A stretch of DNA of 59,346 nt, filler included, from Sphacelaria rigidula (GCA_964200075.2; 10 parts of 10 records of this genome joined end to end with filler, not necessarily neighbours in it), one strand, 5' to 3'; shown: positions 12,220-24,470, counted from the whole stretch's first letter. Notes: generated by a model from the letters alone, not told the origin. Numbers and translations are program-made.

Positions 12220-13700
12220 AGTCACACATGTTGCCGAAAGCTGACGTGGAATATGTCGGATGTGAAGAAGTCGGTCATGTTTTGAATGTAGCCATCTGGG
12301 TTTGGAACGCATCGCAGTAGAAAGAAGGCAGGCAAGGGGCAGAGTAAAGGCACGACGAGACATGAACAAGCGTGGAGGCTGGTGATTGCACCAAGGCATC
12401 TTGAAAGGGGAAAAAAAAGGTTGCCATCGATAAAAGCAAGCATTGATGAAGGTGGGAGAGGGCAGAATGAAAATGGGACCATAAATGGTAGAAAAGGGGT
12501 TAAACGGCGAAAACAAATGTATGGTGGTGGTGCTTACCGTAGGCGGTGGTACAGTGTACGGCTCCGCTCCTGGTGGTCGTAGGCCGGGTACCCTGTCGAG
12601 TGGTTTTTTTCTTCTTGTGGGGTTGAGGGCCGTTTTTGCTTCGTGGCGTCACGGGGTTCTCTCCGCCAGGGGGGGGAAAACAGGTAGTGTTCCGCGGTAC
12701 TTTCCGACGAGTGGAGTTATCGTTTCTCGAGGCAAACGCCTTTTTTTCTTGGAACAAGTGCCGTTGAAAAGCAGACGAGAGCTCAGCACGGGTGTCGTAG
12801 AAGCAGATTTGACACCTTATGAAGTCTTCGTCATTATCCCCCGCTGACAGGTCAAAGAGGGATTTTGAGGTAAAGGGGGGCTCTGCATTCGTTGCAAGGG
12901 TGAGAACTGTTCTCGTCCGCTTTGACTAGGGTCTCTACGCAGTTGCGGTTGTCGGCGTGAGCGTTGACCCTGTCCTTACCGCCAGTGGGGTCGATCATGC
13001 GGTGGGACGGAATGCTGACACCGATGTCCACGCCACACGCAAGGCAGAGGAAGGGAACCTGTTTCTTGGCGCCCTTCGGCACTGGATTCGTTCCCTGGGA
13101 TACAGAGACATGGGAGGTGCACACGGAGCACCTGTTGATATCGAACGAATCAGGAGAAGGACGAAGGGACGGTTGCGGAAAGTGCAGCGAGGAAAGTACG
13201 GAAGGAAACACAGTTGAACCGTCAGCGAATGCTTGATCAACGGGTGTCGGAAGCGATGATGCCAAGTGGTTGGAAAAAGCAACAAGTTGGATAACAGGTT
13301 GCTTTCGGTAATCACGTTACGAGATGAGCTAGTCTGAAGCATTTTTGGGCGGTTGACCACCTTTGCACGGCCCATCTAAGAGTGGAAAGCTGAAATTTGA
13401 GGGGTACTCCTTGATAACCTTAACGTGGTAAAACCACCGGCATGTTAGTAATTGTGGCACTATCTACAATCAGATTTCGAGTATAAAACCGAGGCGAACA
13501 AGCAAGTACAGCATGTAGAAGTGAGTTGTATTGCGTAAACACAGAAAATGTGGGAGGTCCTCTTCTAGCGAACTGTCCTCCTTGTGTGTTAAATCGTGGG
13601 CTGAATTTGGATGGTGTCATCTCGCATGGGAAAGTACACCGAACGCATGCACCAATTGGGCTGGGAACTGGACCAGTTAATACGGTCTATTTCCACTGTA
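12220..13700 (-). mobile_element. Degenerate, internally deleted Ty1/Copia LTR-retrotransposon pol remnant
   Basis: LIVDSATITNM ~ protease W(I/V)xDSGAxxHM (~13460). TWHHRFRHP ~ GAG-pre-integrase LWHxRxGHP (~13255). VPNPDGYIQNMTDFFT ~ RNase H C-terminal Q.ADIFTK (~12290). Confidence 0.65.
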
Positions 13701-14609
13701 ACTGGAGGTAAACCGGAAATGGCTACGAGAGCGCCAGCTGTCCAGTTTGTCTGAGGTTTTGTCGTGACCGGGTGTTTTTAGAATAGTTTTTATTACGGTG
13801 AGTTTACAACAAAGAAACACTGAATATAATTAAACGGTACGGTTGAAGCCTGCACTCTACAATAATACAGGTACCACAAACTTCTATGGTACCTTCTTGT
13901 TCTGCAGTGTTCCATCTATAGACCATAGCGGGTAGGTCGACGGATGATCAGTCGAATGAGAAAAATGAAGAAATAAAGAAGTGTTACTCAATCACGGTGG
14001 GCAGCTTGATGCGGAAGTGCCGAACGCCAAACCCCAATTGCCAATTGCATGGTAAAGAGCGTTTTGATCATGATGCAGTACATGTACACTATACCTCGAA
14101 GTGATACAGCAGATATTTACCTCATCCGAAAAAACCTCAACGGTAACGCACGATCACAAAATACACAAGCATTCTATTCAACGATAGGCGTGTTTTTCGG
14201 TCTGGACGTGGAGAATTTTGCGCTCTTGTCCCCAGGTACTGCTAGCCTTGGCTTACTTGTTCCCATCCTCCGCTCCTCATGAAGAGTCTCAGCTGCTGCA
14301 TACTACACATGGATGATTTTCGAATCGCTCACCACGTTGAATGACATTTGCGAGCAGTTCAAGCTTCTCAGCTAGTGAATGTGAGTGGTTACATTTTTTA
14401 CAACTATTCACGATTTTTAAGGGGAAGTGAGTCAAACACAGTGACTTTTTTGCCTCGGGCGGCGCTCCCGCGAGGCCCCCTTCACCAGCCGGGGGGGCGA
14501 TTGACTGAAAAAAACATCCATGTATTGGCCACTGGCGCGGCCAGTTTAAACCCAACTGACCAGAGCTGCTAGCTCACAGCCCTAAAAACAGTGCTGATTT
14601 TTGTAGGGT

Positions 14610-15160
14610 TAGGGTATGTTCGGTACGATATGAGAGTCTTTACAAAACTTACAGAACTAACGGATGCCGGCATGAAATTCGCACAGGGGTTACAGAACCT
14701 ATCGGGTAGGTATAGGAGGCTTACAGAGAATCCAGAACTCGTCGGGTGAGGAATGAAAATTACATAGGAAATCGAAACCGCACGCGGGTATTTTTACGGG
14801 GGTATGCCCTAACCCGGGTAGGGGTAAACCTTGTGTACAGAAAATACAAACCTGTCGAGTAAGGGTATAGGGGAGGTACAACAGTCACGGAACTATCGTG
14901 GACCGGTATGAAAGTCGTACAGAATTCACAGACCGATCGAGTAGGGGTATTAAAGTGTTCCTGAAGTCACAGACCTATCGAGTAGGGGGACGAACGTTTT
15001 CCAGGATTCACAGAAATATCGGCTAGGGCGATGAAAGCCTTGCAGAAGCTACAGAAATGTCGGGTACCGGTATGAAAATGTTACAGAAGCCACAGAACTG
15101 TCGGGCAGGGATAGTACCCGGCAAGACACCCGGGGTATACAGCAAACCGTATCCTATACA
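14610..15160. repeat. Degenerate 41-bp tandem array (ACAGAA.TATCGGGTAGGGGTATGAAAGTC.TACAGAAGTC), probably the body of a non-autonomous DNA element; related short copy at 15520-15650
   Basis: Units start at 14928, 14969, 15010, 15051 and 15092 (41-bp period). Confidence 0.75.
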
Positions 15161-15677
15161 ACACAGGGTTGGACACCACCATCAAATTCGATGACCTGCA
15201 CCTTGCTACTGAATACCGCTGGTAACCCAGATGAAGCGCCCCCACTCGATCCACTACTCGTGTCTAGGGATGATCCACCCCGACGGTCTGCATTGCTTTC
15301 CATGTTTCGCTTTTTCACTCAGCGGTACCCCGTAACCCGCCAGTGTACGAAACTTGAAAATCAAATTTTGATGGGTGTATGGTTTTGAGTGAGCGAGGAG
15401 GGGCTGATTGATGGGGGTTAGCGAACGAATGCAAGTTATCAGACTGCGTAGGGATTTAATTAATATTCATACCTCCCCCGGACATATACCTGTACTCTGC
15501 CTGCATCGGATATACGCACAAGAGTATACCCTGATCCCGGGTTGGGGTTATGGGAGGCTTACAGACCTTGCAGAATTGTCGACCAGGGGTGTGATGGACT
15601 CACAGAACATACAAAACTGTCGGGTGCCGGTATTAAAGTTTCACAGGGGTGACAGGATTGAGGAACACACAGCAGTA

Positions 15678-15950
15678 GCCGGTCGCCCCGGTGGCTCAGA
15701 TGGTAACCTCGAAACCTTCTGACGGTAAGGACGTGGGTTCAAATCTCGGGAAGACCTGGGATTTTCTCTCACACCATGCCCAACAGAGCGACTATGTCGT
15801 GAGTACACACAGTTCGACTTCACGGTCGACGAGGGAAGGGACCGCTGAACCCCTCTACGTGAAAAAAAAAGGCAAGCACCATACAAGGAAGGTGGGGTGC
15901 TAAAAAACAAAATGAAAAGAAAAAACTCCTGTGTTAGCCTTCCTCTGTGC
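15678..15950 (+). mobile_element. tRNA-derived SINE, 3'-truncated copy
   Basis: Pol III A-box TGGCTCAGATGG (15692) and B-box GGTTCAAATC (15736), followed by a non-tRNA body shared with 46672-47037. Confidence 0.8.
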
Positions 15951-16945
15951 GAAAAAAGTATTTTCAGGGCCTGTCTCAGCACTTTTCTTTTCGATCGAAA
16001 AAATGAGGCGGTAGAATTGATTCGAGCGAAAATTTTCGTTTTGATGCAGGTGGATCCGGATGGATTTTAACCCTTAGACCGCGAGATTAGTATAGGAATT
16101 ACTATCCATGGGGTTCAATCAACGAGAAAATATTGGCCCAAATGTTTGAGCAGATGGGCACCTTCCCCTTGATTAGACGGTTAATACGATGAGCGGATCA
16201 CGGCCCAACTCGTCTGCATCGAAGATATATTGCTTTTAGAGCTCAAATCCGTTTTTAGCTCGTAGCTACTTTTGTACATGTTCAATAACTACAGACAGTA
16301 CCGTATACAGAGAGTAGTCACGCACGCTGCGATAGTGCTGTAAATATTGAATGTTGTATTTGCTGTAGCGAGTGTTGTACTGACCCTAGGCACTAAAAAC
16401 TGTACAGCTACATCAATGTTGCGCTTGTGCCGTGGTACCGGCGTTAAGACTGCTGTTGTTCCTCGTTGTCGTGGTCCTGGCGACCTCGACGGTCCTCGCA
16501 TACACTTGATGCGTAGGGGGATTGACATCAAGACACATGTTGGTACAACAGTATGTACTCTTGCTTGTATCTCGAGAAAAGAAACATACTTCGAAGTACA
16601 TCATTATTGTACTGTACTATACCAGCATGAGCCTGCAAAACAATAATCGAGTGGGTTCCCGTGCATCTATGTCGGTACTCATGTTTCAACCCATCCACGC
16701 GTTTTGGCCCCTGTGTCGTTCTAAGTAGATCGAAGTATCCACGAATATGTCAACCAATATACCTTTGCTCTGACGTGGAAAGTCGCGCGCGCATAAACCA
16801 CAAAACAACACAACAGCCGATGCTGCACCGCTGTGGAGTGCTCATCGTTCGTGCTCGTCATAAAAAAATAATAATTAGAGAGGATTCGTGTACGATGCAG
16901 GACCGATCCTAAATAATATTGGACTGCTCCTTGTGTTGTACCTAC

Positions 16946-17143
16946 TGTAATGCGTGAGAGGACCGTGTGCTTAGAGGACCGCGCCATAAATCAAATACCT
17001 CAGGATCGACGTTTTTCGAAACCAATCGGGTCAGTCCCTGCAGGTACCACGCCCCTGACCATAACCCCATTCCTAACCCCAACCATAGGGATATTCAAAT
17101 TACGATGCGGTCCTCTAAGCACGCGGTCCTCTCACGCATTACA
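16946..17143. mobile_element. MITE with ~37-bp TIRs (TGTAATGCGTGAGAGGACCG...), TGT...ACA ends, 5-6 bp TSD
   Basis: Near-perfect inverted ends. CCTAC flanks both sides (16941-16945 and 17144-17148). Family copies at 45027-45237 and 27472-27615. Confidence 0.9.
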
Positions 17144-17345
17144 CCTACTGTTTGTACAAGGCCAGAGTCTGTTTGCCGTTTTCTCTGTCCTTCATCCATC
17201 TCAGCCGGCGGGTGGCGGCGGCGTCCAGAATAGACGGGACGACAACACACACACTACACGAAGTTCGAACATATGTGCCTTGATGCCAATTCCCAGAAGA
17301 GATGGGACGACAACATATACGGACAGTAGTGGAGCATAAAATTAC

Positions 17346-17410
17346 CATCGGACCAGGATACGGCGTCAACACTTCTTATCCGCTTGTCAAACCTCGTGCG
17401 AAGCGCAGCT
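17346..17410 (-). CDS. Candidate orphan exon of an unidentified gene
   Basis: ctgtgcttgcag acceptor and G|GTAATT donor; open frame AALRTRFDKRIRSVDAVSWSD. A possible phase-compatible exon lies near 15200-15287. No homology recognised. Confidence 0.3.
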
Positions 17411-17865
17411 CTGCAAGCACAGGCAGTTCAGCAGTGCAAGGTCGCACCAGTACAGTCTCCATTTGTCACCGTGGAAGCCGAGATACGTCTCCGCCACCCG
17501 CGGATGTTACGACCAGAAGCGCCCGTACGTTCACCGTTTGTCGGTAGTCGACACACGGGGAGTAGTTCGAATCAATCAGATCACGTACTTTAACACCCCC
17601 TCTCATCTCAGCTACGGATGGCGTCGGCATGCACAAGCGAAGACAAAGAAGAAAGCAGCAATGAAGCTGAACCTTCTTGAGAGTGTTTAAAGTGATTCGG
17701 AGAGCCGGTTGCTGCGTGTGATGCCTCCAACCTCCNNNNNNNNNNNNNNNNNNNNNNNNNNNNNNNNNNNNNNNNNNNNTTAATTAATTAANNNNNNNNN
17801 NNNNNNNNNNNNNNNNNNNNNNNNNNNNNNNNNNNGGGGGCTATCGTAGAAAGCGTCGTAATAAA

Positions 17866-18880
17866 GAGGGTTAGCTTCTCTATCTCATGTCTATGTCCGG
17901 GCTGTGTTATAGTGGGTTAAATAAAAGGGAGGGTTAGCTGCTCTATTTCATGTCCATGTCCGGGCTGTGTAATAGTAGGTCAAATAAAAAGGAGGGTAAT
18001 CTTCTCTATTTATAGTAGGTTAAATAAAGGAGGGTTAGCTGCTCTATTTCATGTCCATGTCTGGGCTGTGTAATAGTAGGTTGAATGAAAAGGAGGGTTA
18101 TCTTCTCTATTCGTAGTAGGTTAAATAAAAGGAGGGTTAGCTGCTCTATTCCATATCTATGTCTGGGCTGTGTTATAGTAGGTTAAATAAAAAGCAGGGT
18201 CAGCTTCTCTATATCATGTCTATGTCCGGGCTGTGTTACAGTAGGTTAAATAAAAAGGAGGGTTAGCTTCTCTATTTCATGTCTATGTCCGGGCTGTGTT
18301 ATAGTAGGATAAATAAAAAGGAGGGTTAGCTTCTCTATTTCATGTCTATGTCTGGGATGTGTTATAGTAGCTTAAGTAGTAAGGAGGGTTATCTTCTCCA
18401 TTTCATGTCTATGTCCGGGCTGTGTTATGATAGATTGAATGAAAAGGAGGGTTAGCTTCTCTATTTCATGTCTATGTCCGGGTTGTGTCAAAGTAGGTTA
18501 CATAAAAAGGAGGGTTAGCTTCTCTATTTCATGTCTATGTCCGGGCTGTGTAATAGTAGGTTAAGTAAAAAGGAGGATTAGCTTCTCTATTTCATGTCTA
18601 TATCTGGGCTGAGTTATGATAGATTGAATAAAAAGGAAGGGTCAGCTTCTCTATTTCATGTCTATATCCGGTCTGTGTAATAGTAGGTTAGATGAAAAGG
18701 AGGGATAGCTTCTCAATTTCATGTCCGTGTCCGGGCTGTGTTACAGTAGGTTAAATAAAAGGAGGGTCAGCTTCTCTATTTCATGTCTATGCCTGGGATG
18801 TGTTATAGTAGGATGAATAAAATTGAGGGTTAGCTTCTCTATATCATGTCCATATCCGGGCTGTGTTATGATAGATAAAT
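17866..18880. repeat. ~63-bp tandem satellite, about 16-17 units
   Basis: Unit GGAGGGTTAGCTTCTCTATTTCATGTCTATGTCCGGGCTGTGTTATAGTAGGTTAAATAAAAA, e.g. units starting at 18257 and 18320. Confidence 0.95.
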
Positions 18881-19239
18881 AACATGTGTTTCCGGGGGAA
18901 ACCATCGGGTTGTATCATTTTTCATGTTGTGTCCGTCGGTCCAGGATTGTTTCTAGTGGCGGTCCCCGGTATATGTACGGTGACAGTCTGTACATTTGTC
19001 TAGGTTTTGGTGGCTTGTTTTACAGCGCCGTTGCCACTCTACGCCAACCCAAGAGCCTAGAGGTGAGGGGGGATCATCATAACGTTCAGGTGGTAGACCC
19101 CATGCATGGTATCAAGCCCGTGTGTTACATGGAGGCTAGTTAACCAGCGTTGGGCTTCGAGTGAATGACTGATTGAATGATTGATTGTCGCACTTGAACT
19201 GACCCCCCAGGGGTCCGGCATGAGCTACAAATAAATGTC

Positions 19240-19400
19240 CATAACCCCAACTCAACACATACCGAGAACCTCGGGCAAGGGTGGTACATAGCATTTCCTA
19301 GGCAAATTTCGGCCTTGGTAGACCCCAAATCGGCGCCTGTTGCGCTGATTTCAACAAAAATGCGTTCTGCGCACGGGTTGGCGTTAGAGTTAGGGGTAGC
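19240..19400. repeat. Dispersed repeat family (cataccgagaacctcgggcaaggg...) with CCCTAA-like ends
   Basis: Homologous stretches at 43050-43160 (+) and 43910-44045 (-). Confidence 0.6.
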
Positions 19401-19433
19401 GATACTTGTGAAATGTGCCAACCATCAACATTG

Positions 19434-19733
19434 AACAAGGTTTTCGTGAGATTGAGAATTGGGTGCAGCTTGAGAGTGGCTTTGGTCATTCGCTCTAATT
19501 TGGCCAATTTTTCATTCCTTTTGTGCTTTTCGTCGTCTCATCACTGCCATTTGCTTACAGCTACAACGTTGATATCCTACTCAGGGGTATCGAGGGCCTC
19601 AGTGGCAAGCTACTACCGAGAGAATATTGGGCCTGGTGGAGGTGCATTTCGGAACTGAAACGGCTTATTTACTAATTGACCGCTTTTCACTCTCAATCGT
19701 ACCTTTAACTCTCAATTTCACGAAAACATTGTT
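19434..19733. mobile_element. MITE family with TIR AACAA.GTTTTCGTGA(G/A)ATTGAGA
   Basis: Inverted ends. Internal sequence shared with 20363-20569 and 51087-51397 (opposite orientation). Confidence 0.85.
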
Positions 19734-20362
19734 ATTATCATACCGTATGCAACTTGTATACAAGTTGTCCATTTGTATTTTCCCGCGAGTTCGTGTTCAG
19801 TTTCCGCGCGATCGTTTGTTCGCCAATGTACGTACGTGAAAGAGTATTAGTGTAACTATGCGTACTCACTGCACTGCTGCTGTTCTCTTGCATTCAAACC
19901 TCCCGGAATTCCTTCAGTTTATTTCGAGGATTTTTGCGAAACGACGGCACGGGACGGGTACGGAACCTCGGGGAGTTTAACCTTGCAACTTCGTCGAGAC
20001 GGGACGAAACGGACCAACCCTACCCCTCCGACGAGTATCCCGTGAGCTTCCCGTCCAGGAAAACAGCATGGGTGATTTTTTCCGTAACACCGGGGATCAG
20101 TTGATGTGTGACAATCAACCAGATCAGTGGGCATTATATTCTATCGTACCGTCGGTATCACCAAGGAGGGCAGGTCGAGTAGAGTATACTCAATAGTCAG
20201 TGTTTTCGAAGAGTCATACTTATAGTACTCAAATTTTGAGTAGAGTACTCGAGGTTGTCCTCAATCTACCCAAAACTTGAGTAGAGTATTTGAGATCATT
20301 TTCAATCTCCCCATAATTTGAGCAGAGTATGCAGGTCATACCCAAGTGATACTCTATCCTCA

Positions 20363-20569
20363 AACAATATTTTCGTGAGATTGAGAGTAGGGAATACGAT
20401 TGATAGTGAAAAGCAGTCAATTACTGAATGAATCGTTCTAGTTCCGAAATGCCCCTCCACGAGGCCCGATATGCTTTCCGTAGTAGCTTGCCACTGAGGC
20501 CCTTGATATGCGAATGATCGAAGCCACTCTCAATCAGCGCTTTACTCTCAATCTCACGAAAACGCTGTT
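20363..20569. mobile_element. Nested MITE (same family as 19434-19733) with TCA duplication
   Basis: TIRs flanked by TCA on both sides. Removing it restores the host motif tactctat.ctcaagtat.actgagagtg. Confidence 0.8.
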
Positions 20570-21289
20570 TCAAGTATCACTGAGAGTGCTTACTCAATAT
20601 TTGAGTCGAGTATTGGAGGCCGTACTCGATCTACTCAATTTGCGTAGACTATTTGAGGCCGTACTCGACCTACTCAAAAATTGAGTAGAGTAATGAGATC
20701 ATACCCAAGTGATACTCTATACTCAAATATTACTGAAAGTGCTTACTCAATATTTGGGTAAAATGTTCGAGGTCGTACTCGATCTTCCCAAAAATTGAGA
20801 AAGGATTGTTGTTGTATGTGAAAAACAACTCTTTGCAGTGACATATCAGAGATTGATGCCGCACATGTACGAAGCACCAGCACATGCAGGTACAAGGTAG
20901 ATACGGTCCGGGAGGACCAGATTACCGAGAGACCCCGCAATACCAACGATATTGGACGACTCGGGGTGATGCCAGGAAGAGCCGGATCTCAGGACGACCC
21001 TGCATCCCCCGAAACCCGGGTCACCCCACGATGATCGCACGCTCACGTCTGGCCCACCTCTTGCCTACATAACACAAGAGGACATCATCGCCAGCCTCGG
21101 AGTTCCTTCGGCATCAGGACATCTCCAACGACAGTCTCCCTCGTAGGTCTTTTCTACCCTAGCGATGCGCCTTTCTCATATTGGCGACACCAGGAAAGAA
21201 CTCAGGCAAGACAGGCCGTAGAATCAAAAAACAAGAACGAGAACCGATTGCTACGACGGCAAAACACCAGGGCCCTCCGAGGAACGCTA

Positions 21290-21590
21290 CAGCAGATACG
21301 AGCAACGTGTTGACCCGTACGGTGATCGTCTCGCAATCGTATCATTTCACGGTCAAACACAAACCAGGGAAACTTGATGCTATTTCGGACATCCTCCCAC
21401 GTCTGTTTGCATACGGAAAGCGACAAGGAACTGAAATCAAGGCCTTGCTTACATCAATGTGTCGTTATGTACTAGAAGACCCCGCGCTGCAAACAGTAGA
21501 GCCGCAGCAAATATCACAAATACTAGCGGAGAAGCTCGACATTGCGAAGCCAGTGCAAAGTGACGGAGAGCTGCTCACCGTGGAATCAGC
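21290..21590 (+). mobile_element. Ty3/Gypsy RNase H C-terminal fragment
   Basis: VLTRTVIVSQSYHFTVKHKPGKLDAISDILPRL ~ L.RW...LQ.Y.F.I.H.PG..N..AD.LSR. Confidence 0.7.
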
Positions 21591-23899
21591 CCGTGACCTA
21601 ACGCCAATCATCTCATTGATGGCCATCGTTGTCCCATGTATTCAACATAGTCTGTGAAGTGACGTCACGAAGTCGCCGACGGTCACGGTTACTCATAATA
21701 CCCTATTGGTACTCTATACTCAAGTATTACTGCGAGAATGCTTACTCAATCTTTGAGTAGAGTGTCGAGGTCACACCCAAGTGGTAATCTATACTCAAGT
21801 ATTACTGAGAGTGCTTACTCACTACTTGAGTAGAGTATTGGAGTTCGTACTCGATCTACACAAACCTTGAGTACAGTACTTGAGGTCGTATTCAATCTAC
21901 ACAAAAATTGAGTAGAGTATTTGAGGTCACATTCAATGTACCCGAATATTGAGTAGAGTAATGAGGTCATACCCAAGTGATACTCCAACAGGGGATTCTA
22001 TAAAATTAGGTTCATCAATGAAATGAGGTTTGAAGATCTTAGCCGTTGAATGACGAAAAGCCCTCAGGAGTACCGTACGACACTGCTGATGCGCAGTGTT
22101 TAGGAGGAGTAGGAAGTGCGTCCGTGGTTTCACATGCCGCCCATCCCTGGTTAGCTGCGGGCGACGGAGCATAACATCGTTTGTTTGATTGTCGAAGGAT
22201 GTTTTCACTGTTGTTCATCTCGAGGCTCGTGTCCAGACAAAAATGTCAGGCGTCAAGTTGCTGTCAGTAAGGTCAGTAAGGTGCTGTCAGTGACGTGGTG
22301 GGGGGATATCACTGCCAACGCAGTGATGTGCCGAGCGGATGATTGGGCGTCCACTGTCCTGAAGAATCGACGGCCTATGCACAACGTGAATAGTTTATTG
22401 CACGACTCAACCGTACTGCAAATACCCGTCGAGCTTTCCAATCCGGTTCGAGCATATATGAGGCGGCAATGTCTCTGTCGAAAGAGAAATCGTTGGCATC
22501 CACCCCCAAGGTCGCTTCGTACGGTCCCGCCATACACACCATCGCAACACCGCATCATGCTACATGACAGCATCTCGACCCCGCCCTGAACCGTACGTTC
22601 GCGCCCGCATCCCGACCTGTTTGTGAACCTATTGCTTTCACTCTCCAACTGCGCCACTACAACTCGAGACTCCAGCATCATCACACCACCATCATCACCA
22701 TCGCCATCACTTCCAGTATCACAGTCATCATGGTCATCATCGGGGGCTACCTCGTCCTCCAATCCCTCTCGACCCATGTCGCGTCTGGCCCTCAGCCACC
22801 TTTGCTCGAATCCCGATCCACCTACGACCAGATCCCCGAGAGTGACCGCGATAGGCTGCTTCGCGCTGAGCCTCCCTTTCCTCTCTCGACTCTCTTGCAC
22901 ACTGGCTATTACAAGATGCTGCGTACCATCTGCGCCGCCTATCGCAGCGGTAATGTTCGAGTCTCTGGGGCCTGTGCGGTATTTTCGACCTGATCCCCAT
23001 CACAACCCCCTCCCCGCCCGTATCCCATTCCAAATGGTAGAATGGGCACGTGTTTGAGACCTCCAACTACAGGGCCGCTTCCGGCTGGCAGGCTTCCCTG
23101 CCGGGTTCTACGAGGCGCCTGAGTTGTCTATTGGATACGACCAAGACCATGCGAATACATTACTGATGCAGGATTTCTTGAGGTATCGAATCCACAGCCT
23201 CTCTAGGCGTGTTGTATACCCTGTACTTTCGCCTCAAGGGAATTTCAGGGTATACGATCTCCTGCTGGCCGGGCTTCGTGATGAGGAACACCTCGTTCAT
23301 CTGATTGAACGTCGAACGCTGCGACCGAAATCAACGGTGGACAAGGTAGAGACGGCCGGCGGCAACGAACAGGAGAAAGTCAATTCGGGGTACGGAGGAG
23401 GGGCGGTGGTTAGAATCAGCGCTCAGACAGGGATCTCAAAAGCACGATGTGTAGTTGTTCCCGAAACCACATGTCCCCCGGGCATCGCGATATGGACGCG
23501 CCCACAAACGGACCCAAAAAAAACTGTTTTTGCACGAAGTGCGGTAAAGCGGGAGGGAAAAATAGCAGATACCACGCAGTAAAAAAAACTACATCTCCAA
23601 TGGTGCACGAAAAAAACAAAAACGCGCACCCATGTCCCACTTTTTATTTGGACCTCTCAGGGGGGGGGGGGGGGGGGTGTNNNNNNNNNNNNNNNNNNNN
23701 NNNNNNNNNNNNNNNNNNNNNNNNTTAATTAATTAANNNNNNNNNNNNNNNNNNNNNNNNNNNNNNNNNNNNNNNNNNNNGAACAACCGTTGCTGCTTTC
23801 AACGACGACCTGACTCGAAATTTCGAGCAACAAATGGTCCAAAATACCCCCCCCCCCCTATCGTCGGATGACTCGGGAGGTCTCAACGTCTGCTGCGGA

Positions 23900-24470
23900 T
23901 ATTTTCGAGAATAGAGGTCGCCATTTCAGAACCTTCGGAAGGTGATACAGGGGGACGGGGGCGGGACGTCTAGTACGAAAGAGGGCAAGAGTGCAGAATA
24001 GCAAAGGACTGGCCAAGACATCTACCCAGAGAAATACGTGGTAGAGGCCTAAACAGTCTTGACCTTTAATATGTCGTGTAAAACTGGTTGGTGAAAAAAC
24101 GTGTGCGTGATGTGAACATAGTAAGCGGGGGAAACGTGTGTAGGGACCGTGAGGGTCTCCCAATATGCCGTGAGAAATTCATGTACTCTAAATATATGTT
24201 TCACGTGGAGCTGTTTGCACGTAATGTACTACAATTCGGGAAAATGTTCGTAGATTTGACAGCAAGGGTATACATACAATGCGAAATAGTACGGCACGAC
24301 GAGGGCGGCATGGAACCGATAGCAGATGGCAAACGGAGAGCGTTTGAGGCTGACGTAGAACCATAGATTCTTGCCGGACAACAGCAATGGCCACTTGTCT
24401 GGCAGGAGGGAAAGATATGTTTTTCATTTTTACTTGAAAGAAATCCTTCGAGGGGGAGGGTCATAGAAGC
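23900..24470 (-). mobile_element. Degenerate Ty3/Gypsy RT remnant
   Basis: AIAVVRQES ~ P(I/V)VxVxK; HGPYTRFPRLL ~ G.Y.F..MPFGL; HVFLWVDVLASP ~ VYxDDILIAS. Frameshifted. Confidence 0.4.

Larger units (their letters stand above)
20165..21990 (+). mobile_element. Non-autonomous element built of 41-bp palindrome-containing arrays (TACTCAAATTTTGAGTA) around a conserved core
   Basis: The end AGGGCAGGTCGAGTAGAGTATAC and core 21590-21700 match the reverse complement of ~57050-57112 and 56310-56420. Confidence 0.75.

Noticed and set aside
15678..15760. Functional tRNA gene
   Set aside because: No convincing acceptor stem or cloverleaf. It continues into a body shared with another dispersed copy, so it is a SINE head.
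22253..23582. Long overlapping ORFs (215, 144 and 152 aa)
   Set aside because: No recognisable domain. Openness is partly due to (CAT)n-like low complexity. Possibly decayed transposon sequence, but I cannot support a call.
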